Source: Methanothermus fervidus DSM 2088 (GTDB lineage Archaea; Methanobacteriota; Methanobacteria; DSM-2088; Methanothermaceae). From it: 32,000 bases of DNA. Position numbers and translations under genes: made by a program. The notes under the pieces are model-generated. The model saw only the letters and a list, made by a program, of their open reading frames with translations. It searched no databases and was not told where the DNA came from. Shown in pieces: positions 23,846 to 32,000 of this stretch (position 1 is the stretch's first letter; every line of letters starts with the position of its first letter). Where the stretch lies: assembly GCA_000166095.1 (NCBI GenBank), contig CP002278.1:180001-212000 (forward strand), written 5' to 3'.

Positions 23846-25336
23846 TCACTTCTTCAAAGGCTTAGAAAATTTTTTCTCAATTATTTCTCTATGAATTGAA
23901 TTCATACTACAGAAAGGTATTATACGACCATCAGGAGTTGCATAATGTATTATACACCTTTTTACACGTTCAATATCAAAATTCCATGGATCCATAAAAT
24001 GCATGCATGATATTAATAAACTTTTGTAATGGAAATCTCCAAGTGCTTCATATGATCTTTCTTTGAAAATTGACAATATTAATTTTTTCATATCAATAGA
24101 TTTTGGTACTTTGGACATCTCCATTATTTTTCTTAAATTAAATGCTAGTCTACCAATTGCTTTAGCTTTTCCTCTAACACCTTTACCTTCAATATCTTTT
24201 TTAAGTTTGTACATTAATTCAAAGAACTCATCCACATTTATGAATCTTGTTATAGGTACAACCTCGTCATCATCTATGAATATATATGTTGCTGCTCCAC
24301 AATGTTGATGACATGTGAATTTCACTTGAGCTTCCCCTTCAAGTGCTTCAATTAATTCTGATATTGGAACTACTGATGATGCAGGATAAAAGTCATCGAC
24401 AGTTATCATGCCTTCCGTCTGTTTTTCAACTAATTTCATAAAGTCAGGTATAGTTATCCTTCCTTCTTCAACATCGTTACTATGAGTTCTTCCTGTAAAG
24501 GAGACGGGTTGAAATGTAATACCACGAATTACATCATGATTATCAATAGCAAACTTAATAATATCGCCTATTTCATGATCATTAACACCCTTAACTAATG
24601 TTGGAACTAATACAATTCCTAAACCAGCCTTCCTACAATTTTCAATTGCATCTAATTTTATAGGTAAGAGATCTTTTCCTCTCAAAGTGATATATGGGTC
24701 ACTAGTAACACCATCAAACTGTAAATAAACGGTGTTTAAACCAGCATTTCTTAGTTTTTTTGGGAATGAAGGATCTTTTCCTAATTTCAATCCATTTGTA
24801 GCTATTTGGACATGTGTAAATCCTTCTTCTCTAGCCAATTTTATTAACTCTAAAATGTCTTTTCTAACTGTTGGTTCTCCTCCAGCATACTGGATTGCAG
24901 GAGTAGGGACGGGTTTATTATTTCTTAGAAGTCTTAACATTTTCCTTATTTCCTCATAAGATGGTTCATATAGATATCCGGATGTAGCAGCATTTGCAAA
25001 ACAAGTAGGACATCTTAGATTACATCTGTTAGTTACATCTATTAGCCCCAATACTGTGTGGCTTTTATGCATTTGACAAAGTCCACAATCTTGAGGACAA
25101 TTTTTTCCATTTGTTTGTGGATTTTTTATTCCATCCCCAACATGTTCATATTTCTCAAATTTTTCATATAATTTGCTATCACTCCAATATGTATTCTTAA
25201 AAGTACCGTGTTCTGGACATTTCTTTGTTATGATGATTCTATTATCTTCTTCAGATATTTCTGCATCAATAGTTTTTAAACATTTAGGACACAAACTTTT
25301 TGTTTTCTTTTTAAGCACATTTTCACCTTCTATCAC
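23846..25336 (-). CDS. Radical SAM protein of the Tes/MJ0619-like family (tetraether lipid synthase-like)
   Basis: N-terminal CPKC...CPEHG, NCPQDCGLCQMHKSH, radical SAM CNLRCPTCFANA, C-terminal CMHFMDPWNFDIERVKRCIIHYATPDGRIIPFC. The start may be GTG 25318, with an in-frame SD ggtg. Confidence 0.75.
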   Translation of the reverse strand: MIEGENVLKKKTKSLCPKCLKTIDAEISEEDNRIIITKKCPEHGTFKNTYWSDSKLYEKFEKYEHVGDGIKNPQTNGKNCPQDCGLCQMHKSHTVLGLIDVTNRCNLRCPTCFANAATSGYLYEPSYEEIRKMLRLLRNNKPVPTPAIQYAGGEPTVRKDILELIKLAREEGFTHVQIATNGLKLGKDPSFPKKLRNAGLNTVYLQFDGVTSDPYITLRGKDLLPIKLDAIENCRKAGLGIVLVPTLVKGVNDHEIGDIIKFAIDNHDVIRGITFQPVSFTGRTHSNDVEEGRITIPDFMKLVEKQTEGMITVDDFYPASSVVPISELIEALEGEAQVKFTCHQHCGAATYIFIDDDEVVPITRFINVDEFFELMYKLKKDIEGKGVRGKAKAIGRLAFNLRKIMEMSKVPKSIDMKKLILSIFKERSYEALGDFHYKSLLISCMHFMDPWNFDIERVKRCIIHYATPDGRIIPFCSMNSIHREIIEKKFSKPLKK

Positions 25337-25404
25337 TTTTGCATGATTATGATTTTTATAGAGCCAAATATAAATTTAAGGAAATAAAAATTGGAGAGAA
25401 TTAT

Positions 25405-25908
25405 ATGGAATTGATTGGTGAGATAATTAATGCTATATTTTTTATATTACCAGCATATATTGCTAACGTAACTGCACTTATCTTTGGTGGAGGTTTGCCT
25501 TTAGATTTTGGAGTTCATTTTATTGATAAAAAAAGATTAATTGGAGACGGTGTTACATGGAAAGGTACTTTAGCTGGAACTTTCTTTGGAACTTTAACAG
25601 GGTTTGTTGAAGGTTTGTTAGTTGGAGAAGTTATGCATAGAACTACTTTAGGATTTCTCCTAGGGTTTGGTGCATTGCTTGGTGATGCATTTGGAAGTTT
25701 CATTAAAAGAAGATTAGGTATAGAGAGAGGCAAACCTGCTCCAATTCTTGATCAGCTGGACTTTGTGGCCGGTGCATTATTATTGGGATCTATTGTCACT
25801 TTACCACCAGCTGAGGTAATATTATTTGTAATAATAATAACCATTATTCTCCATATTTTCACAAATATTATAGCCTATATTTTAAAAATTAAGGATGTTT
25901 GGTATTGA
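25405..25908 (+). CDS. carS: CDP-2,3-bis-(O-geranylgeranyl)-sn-glycerol synthase (CDP-archaeol synthase)
   Basis: LPAYIANVTALIFGGGLPLDFGVHFIDKKRLIGDGVTWKGTLAGTFFGTLTG, GDAFGSFIKRRLGIERGKPAPILDQLDFVAGAL. Start moved from 25339 to ATG 25405, which has ttggagagaa upstream. Confidence 0.93.
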   Translation: MELIGEIINAIFFILPAYIANVTALIFGGGLPLDFGVHFIDKKRLIGDGVTWKGTLAGTFFGTLTGFVEGLLVGEVMHRTTLGFLLGFGALLGDAFGSFIKRRLGIERGKPAPILDQLDFVAGALLLGSIVTLPPAEVILFVIIITIILHIFTNIIAYILKIKDVWY

Positions 25909-26911
25909 GATGTTTACTCATCATTATTGCAGATCCTATTGCAGGCATCACTGTGCACTCTTCTTCTGAGAAAAATTTGTCTAACCTTATATTTTCTATT
26001 CCTAAAACATCACATGCTTTTTCTGCAAGCTCCATTCCAAGACCAGTAGTAACAATTAAATTTAATCTTTCCCTGCTTACAACTTCACTAATTGCATCTG
26101 AAACCTGAAGTACTTGTCTATCAGCTATATATTTGCATATTGATAGTATGTCTTTCTTACTCAGTATGTCCATGTCTGCACAAACAACCTTTGCTATTCT
26201 CCTCATAGCATCTTTCTTTGTTTTTCCTCTTCCATCTGGGGTATCACATACATAATCTTTTTTATCTATGTTACCTAATATCAAATGTACATCTGCAGTT
26301 ATTGCAAAAAGTTCAGATGAAACACGGTACCATTTATCATCAATAGGGACCCTGTCAACAATAGTTGCCACATTAGTCCTAAGCATGCCGGTATATACTA
26401 GTTCTCCAGTGTTTAATCTTTCAATATCATATTTACCTCTAGCAGCTTCAGAACCATTTCTTATAGGTATGATGTCTGTGGTAGTACTTCCAATATCAAC
26501 AAGAATACAATCTTCCACAATTCTTCCTACAAGTTCTGCAGTTGCAACCCAATTAGCTGAGGCAACTTTTATTGGATCCTTTTTTGCCTCGTTTGGAGTT
26601 AATATCCCAGAAAAGCTTATATACCCTGTAGGGGCATTTGAAACATTTTCAACTATGTTTAAAATATCTAAAACTCCTTCTTTTTTGTTTTTGTATGCAT
26701 CGCTAAGTTCTGCAGTCATTGTAACTCCTATTCCATCTATTTTACTTTCTTTCTCTAAAAATCCTTTGATAGTATCTTTTAACTTTTCTTTTTCTTTCCA
26801 CACTGGCAGATATTCAAAATCTACATCTATTCTTTTTATTTTATCCTTTTCGAATTCTACTAATGCAAAATCTGTGTTGGCCCCTCCTATATCAAATCCC
26901 ACAATTTTCAT
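25889..26911 (-). CDS. mfnF: MfnF-like protein (H4MPT-linked C1-transfer / hydantoinase-like ASKHA family; methanofuran biosynthesis)
   Basis: VGFDIGGANTDFALVE, VASANWVATAELVGRIVEDCILVDIGSTTTDIIPIRNG, TGELVYTGMLRTNVATIV, ITADVHLILGNI. Confidence 0.83.
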   Translation of the reverse strand: MKIVGFDIGGANTDFALVEFEKDKIKRIDVDFEYLPVWKEKEKLKDTIKGFLEKESKIDGIGVTMTAELSDAYKNKKEGVLDILNIVENVSNAPTGYISFSGILTPNEAKKDPIKVASANWVATAELVGRIVEDCILVDIGSTTTDIIPIRNGSEAARGKYDIERLNTGELVYTGMLRTNVATIVDRVPIDDKWYRVSSELFAITADVHLILGNIDKKDYVCDTPDGRGKTKKDAMRRIAKVVCADMDILSKKDILSICKYIADRQVLQVSDAISEVVSRERLNLIVTTGLGMELAEKACDVLGIENIRLDKFFSEEECTVMPAIGSAIMMSKHLNTKHP

Positions 26912-27896
26912 CTATTCTCACCAATTTTAAATCCTTGTCTTCTTTTTTAAATTCAATACAACTCTTTGCGTTGATACTAACTTCAGAAGGTAAAATACCT
27001 TCTACAGAATTAATTATAGCTTCTCCAAGATTGAAATTAACTAATTCTCTTAAGGCAATATATGGTGTAGTTACTCTTGAATTTATTTCAACAACATATA
27101 CTCTATCAGAAACTACTAAATCTACACCTACATATCCTTTTATTCCATCTATGCTTTCAACAGCATTCTTAGCTGTTTTCATAATTGATTTAGCGTTTGG
27201 ATGTTTATATGGGACTAATCCACCTAAATATCTCATTTTTCCGTTTTTTATTGATATGTATTGTCTGTTAAGTGATATTGGCACCGCAATTTTACCATTG
27301 GATAATAGACTAACACTTACATGTTTTCCTTCTATAAATTTTTGCAATAAGTATTTTTCATTGTCAATTTTTTTAAGGCTTAATTCTTCAATTGAATCCA
27401 AAATTTTTATATTTTGACAAGATACACCATCTCTTGGTTTTAAAACCAATTTACCATCTATTTTTTCTTTTTTATAATTTTTAACTTTATATGTTTCTAT
27501 TACATTAACTTTATTTTTTAAAGATTTGTATGTGAGCCATTTATCTGAACATTTCAAAACTGCATCACTATTAGATCCTATTATTTTTATTCCAGAATCT
27601 TCAATCAATTTTGTTAATTTATAAAGTTCCATGTCACTTTCTGGAGCCACAAAAAAACATGAATTAAAATTTGAAATATTTTTTTCAAGCCAATCATAAA
27701 TACTTTCATTTTTCTTTAAAAATAATGGCCTTATAGTTTTGAATTTTCTTATTTCACCTATATTTTCTGATATCAAATAACAAGCATCTAAGCCATCAAG
27801 GTCCTTAAGAATTGCTTCTAACATTGCTTTTCCTTCAATTAATAGTTCTGGATCATTGAGACCTTGGGCAGTTGCATACTCAAATACAAGTATCAA
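26892..27896 (-). CDS. mfnD: ATP-grasp protein, probable tyramine--L-glutamate ligase (MfnD-like)
   Basis: FFVAPESDMELYKLTKLIEDSGIKIIGSNSDAVLKCSDKWLTYKSLK, KLVLKPRDGVSCQNI, YLLQKFIEGKHVSVSLLSNG, YVVEINSRVTTPYIALRE; overlaps the MfnF-like gene. Confidence 0.8.
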   Translation of the reverse strand: MILVFEYATAQGLNDPELLIEGKAMLEAILKDLDGLDACYLISENIGEIRKFKTIRPLFLKKNESIYDWLEKNISNFNSCFFVAPESDMELYKLTKLIEDSGIKIIGSNSDAVLKCSDKWLTYKSLKNKVNVIETYKVKNYKKEKIDGKLVLKPRDGVSCQNIKILDSIEELSLKKIDNEKYLLQKFIEGKHVSVSLLSNGKIAVPISLNRQYISIKNGKMRYLGGLVPYKHPNAKSIMKTAKNAVESIDGIKGYVGVDLVVSDRVYVVEINSRVTTPYIALRELVNFNLGEAIINSVEGILPSEVSINAKSCIEFKKEDKDLKLVRIDENCGI

Positions 27897-29200
27897 ATGC
27901 GACCAACCCCTCTAAATAAAATACCTTTACGCAGAAAACCATTGGGCTTAAGTAAGGGCCGTGCACAAATAAATATTGAATTTTGAATCATTTCTGGAGA
28001 TATTTTACGATAATCATCATGGTCAGCCATAAGTACTATACAATCACAATTTAACACTTCATTTAATGTGGCAGGCTTTGCACCCATTTTTTCTATCTCT
28101 TCATCAGATACATAAGGATCGTGGGCAAGCACAGTAGCTCCAAAATTTATGAGTTCATTTATTAAAGGTTTTGATGGCGTTCTTCGAGTATCAGAAACAT
28201 TTCCCTTATATGCAACGCCTAATATTCCAATAGTACTTCCTTTTAAATTTTTACCTTTCTCTTTCAGTGATCTTTTAATCATTTTGAAAACATGGAAAGG
28301 CATGTATTCATTGATCTCTCTAGCAGTTCTAATTAGTTTAGCATCTATTCCTTTTTTCTTAGCAACATCGACAATGAAGTAAGGGTCAACTGATAAACAA
28401 TGTCCACCAACACCAGGTCCTGGTGTATGAATATTAACTCTTGGGTGATAGTTTGCAGCATTTATTGCATCAATTGCATCTACACCTAAAGATTCGCATA
28501 TCATTGCGAATTCATTGGCTAGAGCTATATTAACATCTCTATATGTGTTTTCCATTAATTTAACCATTTCAGCTGTAACTAAATCCTTCACAATAATGGT
28601 TTTGCCACATGTAATATGTTTGTAAAGTTTGGCAGTTCTCTTAGCTGTTTTTTTGTCACTGGCGCCTATAACTCTTGCGTTATGAGTCATTTCATAAAGT
28701 GTATTATGCGGCAATGCTCTCTCTGGTGTATAAGCAACTCCAAAATCTTTAACAACATTGAGTCCACTTTTTTCTAGAATAGGTATAACAACATTGTCAC
28801 AAGTTCCTGGAGGAACTGTACTTTCAACTATAACTAAATCTCCTTTTTTTAAACCGCGTGAAATAGTTCTACATGCTGAAGAAATGTAAGTTAAATCAGG
28901 TCTATTTTTTTCAGTCACCGGAGTTGGAACAACAATTATAATTATCTTTGCTTTTTTTGCTGCTTCAACGCCATCCATAGTCGCTGTTAATTTTCCATTT
29001 TTAACTACTCTTTCCACAAGTTCATCAAGTCCAGGCTCAAGAATATGAGATTTACCTTCATTTACGCTTTTTACAACTTCTTCATTTATATCAACGCCAA
29101 TTACATCAAATCCTTTGTCTGCAAAAAGAGCAGCTGCCGGAAGACCAATATGTCCTAATCCAAATACTGCAATTTTAGGTTTATTTTTCAACATGACCAT
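27893..29200 (-). CDS. wecC: UDP-N-acetyl-D-mannosamine dehydrogenase
   Basis: IAVFGLGHIGLPAAALFADKGFDVIGVDIN, ESTVPPGTC, NIHTPGPGVGGHCLSVDPYFI, GVAYKGNVSDTRRTPSKPL. Confidence 0.92.
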   Translation of the reverse strand: MVMLKNKPKIAVFGLGHIGLPAAALFADKGFDVIGVDINEEVVKSVNEGKSHILEPGLDELVERVVKNGKLTATMDGVEAAKKAKIIIIVVPTPVTEKNRPDLTYISSACRTISRGLKKGDLVIVESTVPPGTCDNVVIPILEKSGLNVVKDFGVAYTPERALPHNTLYEMTHNARVIGASDKKTAKRTAKLYKHITCGKTIIVKDLVTAEMVKLMENTYRDVNIALANEFAMICESLGVDAIDAINAANYHPRVNIHTPGPGVGGHCLSVDPYFIVDVAKKKGIDAKLIRTAREINEYMPFHVFKMIKRSLKEKGKNLKGSTIGILGVAYKGNVSDTRRTPSKPLINELINFGATVLAHDPYVSDEEIEKMGAKPATLNEVLNCDCIVLMADHDDYRKISPEMIQNSIFICARPLLKPNGFLRKGILFRGVGRI

Positions 29201-29231
29201 GCCTCACTAGTGCAAATTAACTATATTGGTT

Positions 29232-30536
29232 TTAAATTGATGTTATTAAAACGTGTTTGTTTTTAAGATTTAAATTAGGATATGGAAATTTTGGTTTTCC
29301 ATTTTCATATACTACCTGCACATTGACGTCATAGGTTTCTTCAAATTCTACTACAGTCATGTTTTCCTTGACATATTTAAGAGTTCTTTTTGGAATTTTC
29401 ATGAATTTTTCACTAGGAGATATTTTTAATTTTCCATCTTTAGATGCATTAATTATACTCTCAATAATTCTTTCGGATGCCTTACCATCACCATATGGGT
29501 TGGTAGCATTTTTCATTTTTTCTCTAAATTTTTTATTATTAGCAATTAGTCTAACATATTTAATTATTTTGTCTTTTCTGGTTCCTACCAATATATTGCC
29601 ACCAGCATCTACAGTCTCTATACGTTCTGTATTGTATCTTAATGTAAGACATGGAACATTTAAAGTTATAGCTTCTTCTTGAACACCTCCAGAATCAGTG
29701 AGAACGATAAAAGACTCAGATAAAAGTAATAAAAAATCAAGATATCCTAGTGGTTTCAAAATATGCACATGTTCACATTTTTTAAGTTCAGAATACAAGC
29801 CAAATTTTTTTAAATTTTTTCTTGTTCGTGGATGAATAGGAAACACAATGTTAAATTCATCTAATTCTTTTAAGGCTTTAACAATATCATAAAGCCTATT
29901 TTTATTATCAACATTTTCTGCCCTATGCAAAGTTATTGTTATTATTTTTCCTGAATTTAATTTTTTAGCAATATTCTTTTTTTTCTTTTTTGCAATTTTT
30001 AAATTTCTTATACATGCATCTACAACAGTGTTTCCAGTTATGTATATATTTTTTGGATTTAAACCTTCAAATATTAAATTTAACGCTGCTTCTTCTGTTG
30101 GTGCGTAGTGTATAGTAGAACACATGTCAGTTATAACCCTGTTTATTTCTTCTGGCATTGATTTGTCAAAAGATCTTAAACCAGCTTCTACATGCCCAAC
30201 AGCTATATGCATCTTCGAAGCTGCTAAAGCACCTGCAAGTGTTGCATTTGTATCACCTTGAACTAAAACTAAGTTTGGATCTTCTTTTTTTAAAGTTTTT
30301 TCGATCCCAGTAATCATTTTTCCTGTCATTTTTCCATGAGAACATGACCCAACACCTATATTATAATCAGGAGATGGTAATTCCAACTCGAAAAAAAACT
30401 GGTCTGACATCTCATAATCGTAATGTTGTCCCGTATGTATTAAGGTGAAAGAAATACTTTCATTTTGTAATTTATCGATTATTGGTGCCATCTTTATTAT
30501 TTCAGGTCTAGTTCCTAAGACAATAGCTATCTTCAT
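29232..30536 (-). CDS. wecB: UDP-N-acetylglucosamine 2-epimerase (non-hydrolysing)
   Basis: VLGTRPEIIKMAPII, THTGQHYDYEMS, VQGDTNATLAGALAA, HVEAGLRSFDKSMPEEINR, SGGVQEEA-like TDSGGVQEEAITLNVPCL. Confidence 0.95.
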   Translation of the reverse strand: MKIAIVLGTRPEIIKMAPIIDKLQNESISFTLIHTGQHYDYEMSDQFFFELELPSPDYNIGVGSCSHGKMTGKMITGIEKTLKKEDPNLVLVQGDTNATLAGALAASKMHIAVGHVEAGLRSFDKSMPEEINRVITDMCSTIHYAPTEEAALNLIFEGLNPKNIYITGNTVVDACIRNLKIAKKKKKNIAKKLNSGKIITITLHRAENVDNKNRLYDIVKALKELDEFNIVFPIHPRTRKNLKKFGLYSELKKCEHVHILKPLGYLDFLLLLSESFIVLTDSGGVQEEAITLNVPCLTLRYNTERIETVDAGGNILVGTRKDKIIKYVRLIANNKKFREKMKNATNPYGDGKASERIIESIINASKDGKLKISPSEKFMKIPKRTLKYVKENMTVVEFEETYDVNVQVVYENGKPKFPYPNLNLKNKHVLITSI

Positions 30537-30541
30537 TTATA

Positions 30542-31750
30542 TCACTCAAGTTTTCTTTTCCTTTTATTCCTGTATTCCTTAATAATTTTTATTAGCTTTT
30601 CTCTCATTTTTTCCCCATGTCTTTTTTTCCATCTTTTGATACTCTTATTCAATTCTTCTAAATTAACTATTGCAAATCCATTTGAAAACTTTAAATTTAA
30701 TTCTGAAATAGATATTACAGGAATATTTCTTTCATCAAAAACTTCTTTAGCACTAGGAGAAATTTTACCATCAAATATAATACACTTTGGTTTTATATTT
30801 GATAAAAGTAAAGCAGTTGATCTTCCTCCAAGTTCTGGTTTAAGAATTAGTAATACATCGTCCTCAGTGACATGCCAATTTTCACATGCCTTTTTTATTC
30901 CTTCTTTAGTAAATGATTCTATAATTTTCACAGGAACTTTATTTTTGGAGTAAATTATATCGATTAACTTGTGCAATGACTTTAAGTTTTCTTCTAATTT
31001 TTTTCTTAATTCTAGCTCTCTTCTGTATTTTTCTTGTAAAGACTTTATAATTTTTATTTTTGCAGAAAGTTCCTTGTTTAGAAGTAAACCTTTTGAATAT
31101 TCATAATGAAGTTTATTGATTTTTTCCTTTAATTTTTTATTTTCTTTTGACTTTTCACTTAATATCCTTTTTAACTTCTTATTTTCTTTTTTTAATTTTT
31201 TAATTAAATTGTTTTGATGTCTTATTTTCCTTTTATAAATGTTTAACAATCTTCTTAATTTGTAAAATCTCTTGGATTTTATTTTTGGTTTTGGTTTCTT
31301 TTTTTGCTTCTTTTCTTTCTTTTCGGATTTTTCCTTTGAAACAAGTTTTATGGCATCGCTAATAGGTTTATCATCCCTAATAACTATGCTTTTAACATAA
31401 TTTTTCATAGATTCTTTAATTTTCGAACTTTCTAATTTTTTATCAATTTGTCTTAGTTTACCTTCATAATGTTTGTAAGTTTTAATAGCAGAAGCAAGAG
31501 CATCTCTTTCATGTGAATTTTCAGGTTCTAATTCATATTCCTTTTCAGAAAGAAAATTCTGAACAATTTCATTTTTTAATTCTTTTGACAATGATTTATG
31601 AGGAACATATATTTTTGAATTAAGAATTGTAGCTAATTTTTTGACCATTTTAGGAGGAGGACAAACATCTGTTCCAACTATAATTGTTTTACCATGCTTG
31701 ATAATCTCATTTACTATATCGCTCAAAGAAGGGTTTTTCATGCTTTTCAA
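30542..31750 (-). CDS. DUF460/COG2433 RNase H-fold (RuvC/YqgF-like) predicted nuclease; 5' end unresolved
   Basis: TIIVGTDVCPPPKMVKKLATILNSKIYVPHKSLS...NSHERDALASAIKTYKHYE, a long Lys/Glu coiled-coil, and C-terminal DDVLLILKPELGGRSTALLL. The frame continues upstream to 31861 and encodes the catalytic-type strand AIIVGLDPGHTVGLAIIDLN, without an ATG/GTG/TTG start. Confidence 0.8.
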   Translation of the reverse strand: MKSMKNPSLSDIVNEIIKHGKTIIVGTDVCPPPKMVKKLATILNSKIYVPHKSLSKELKNEIVQNFLSEKEYELEPENSHERDALASAIKTYKHYEGKLRQIDKKLESSKIKESMKNYVKSIVIRDDKPISDAIKLVSKEKSEKKEKKQKKKPKPKIKSKRFYKLRRLLNIYKRKIRHQNNLIKKLKKENKKLKRILSEKSKENKKLKEKINKLHYEYSKGLLLNKELSAKIKIIKSLQEKYRRELELRKKLEENLKSLHKLIDIIYSKNKVPVKIIESFTKEGIKKACENWHVTEDDVLLILKPELGGRSTALLLSNIKPKCIIFDGKISPSAKEVFDERNIPVISISELNLKFSNGFAIVNLEELNKSIKRWKKRHGEKMREKLIKIIKEYRNKRKRKLE

Positions 31751-31892
31751 TGTTAATAACTCATAATTTAGATCAATGATTGCTAATCCTACAGTGTGGC
31801 CAGGATCAAGGCCAACTATTATTGCTTTTTCATTTTCATTACCTACTAAATTTATAACCCCCTAATTCAATTAATACTTCATAAAAGACACC

Positions 31893-32000
31893 TTATGAAT
31901 TTTCTTTTCTTTTATCTATTTCTTCTTTAACAAATTCTGACATTGTTTCCCTTACAAAATAAGCAGATCTATATTTAGTTAATTCTTCTTCAAGTTTTGA
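31893..32000 (-). CDS. C-terminal fragment of an unidentified protein, 5' end outside the window
   Basis: Open frame SKLEEELTKYRSAYFVRETMSEFVKEEIDKRKENS* on the minus strand, ending with TAA at 31893-31895. Confidence 0.5.
   Translation of the reverse strand, partial: SKLEEELTKYRSAYFVRETMSEFVKEEIDKRKENS

Noticed and set aside
26268-26930. 220 aa plus-strand ORF (with 26863..27417)
   Set aside because: Antisense to the strongly supported MfnF-like and MfnD-like genes; Ser/Ile/Phe-rich composition typical of antisense frames in AT-rich coding DNA.
31862-31873. TAG upstream of the COG2433 reading frame as a possible pyrrolysine codon
   Set aside because: The same frame has a TAA only two codons further upstream (31871-31873), so read-through of TAG would not extend the protein meaningfully.

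Overview
This is a 32 kb, gene-dense, AT-rich archaeal chromosomal window, probably euryarchaeal with methanogen-type C1 metabolism. It encodes about 32 proteins and two tRNAs. I saw no CRISPR array, transposase, prophage or plasmid module. Recognisable content: a multi-OB-fold RPA (truncated by the window start) next to radA; an AEC permease; an orphan hdrA; a DUF169 protein; a likely co-directional run MntR-like / LysR-ModE-like regulator / PfkB kinase / thiC / class I lysK / UGSC-like Cys protein; mobA, guaB and mfnB; a glycosyltransferase / DUF2304 group; an FMN flavoprotein; archaeal ribC; a CbiO-like ATPase; tRNA-Val(GAC) and tRNA-Phe(GAA); an archaeal tRNA methylthiotransferase; pcm; a leuD-like subunit; mptG; a Tes/MJ0619-like radical SAM enzyme divergent from carS; mfnF and mfnD; wecC and wecB; and a COG2433/DUF460 protein. 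I did not find a convincing new multi-gene system. The best second-look items are: (1) the COG2433/DUF460 gene, which lacks a usable start but would regain one with a single extra A in a homopolymer; (2) a tiny free-standing protein made of two pseudomurein-binding-like repeats; (3) the Tes-like enzyme placed between a methanopterin gene and an archaeal lipid gene; (4) a methylthiotransferase gene whose 3' end lies antisense inside tRNA-Phe; (5) a DtxR-like motif at the predicted mntR start site. All product calls are from reading the sequence; no database search was run.
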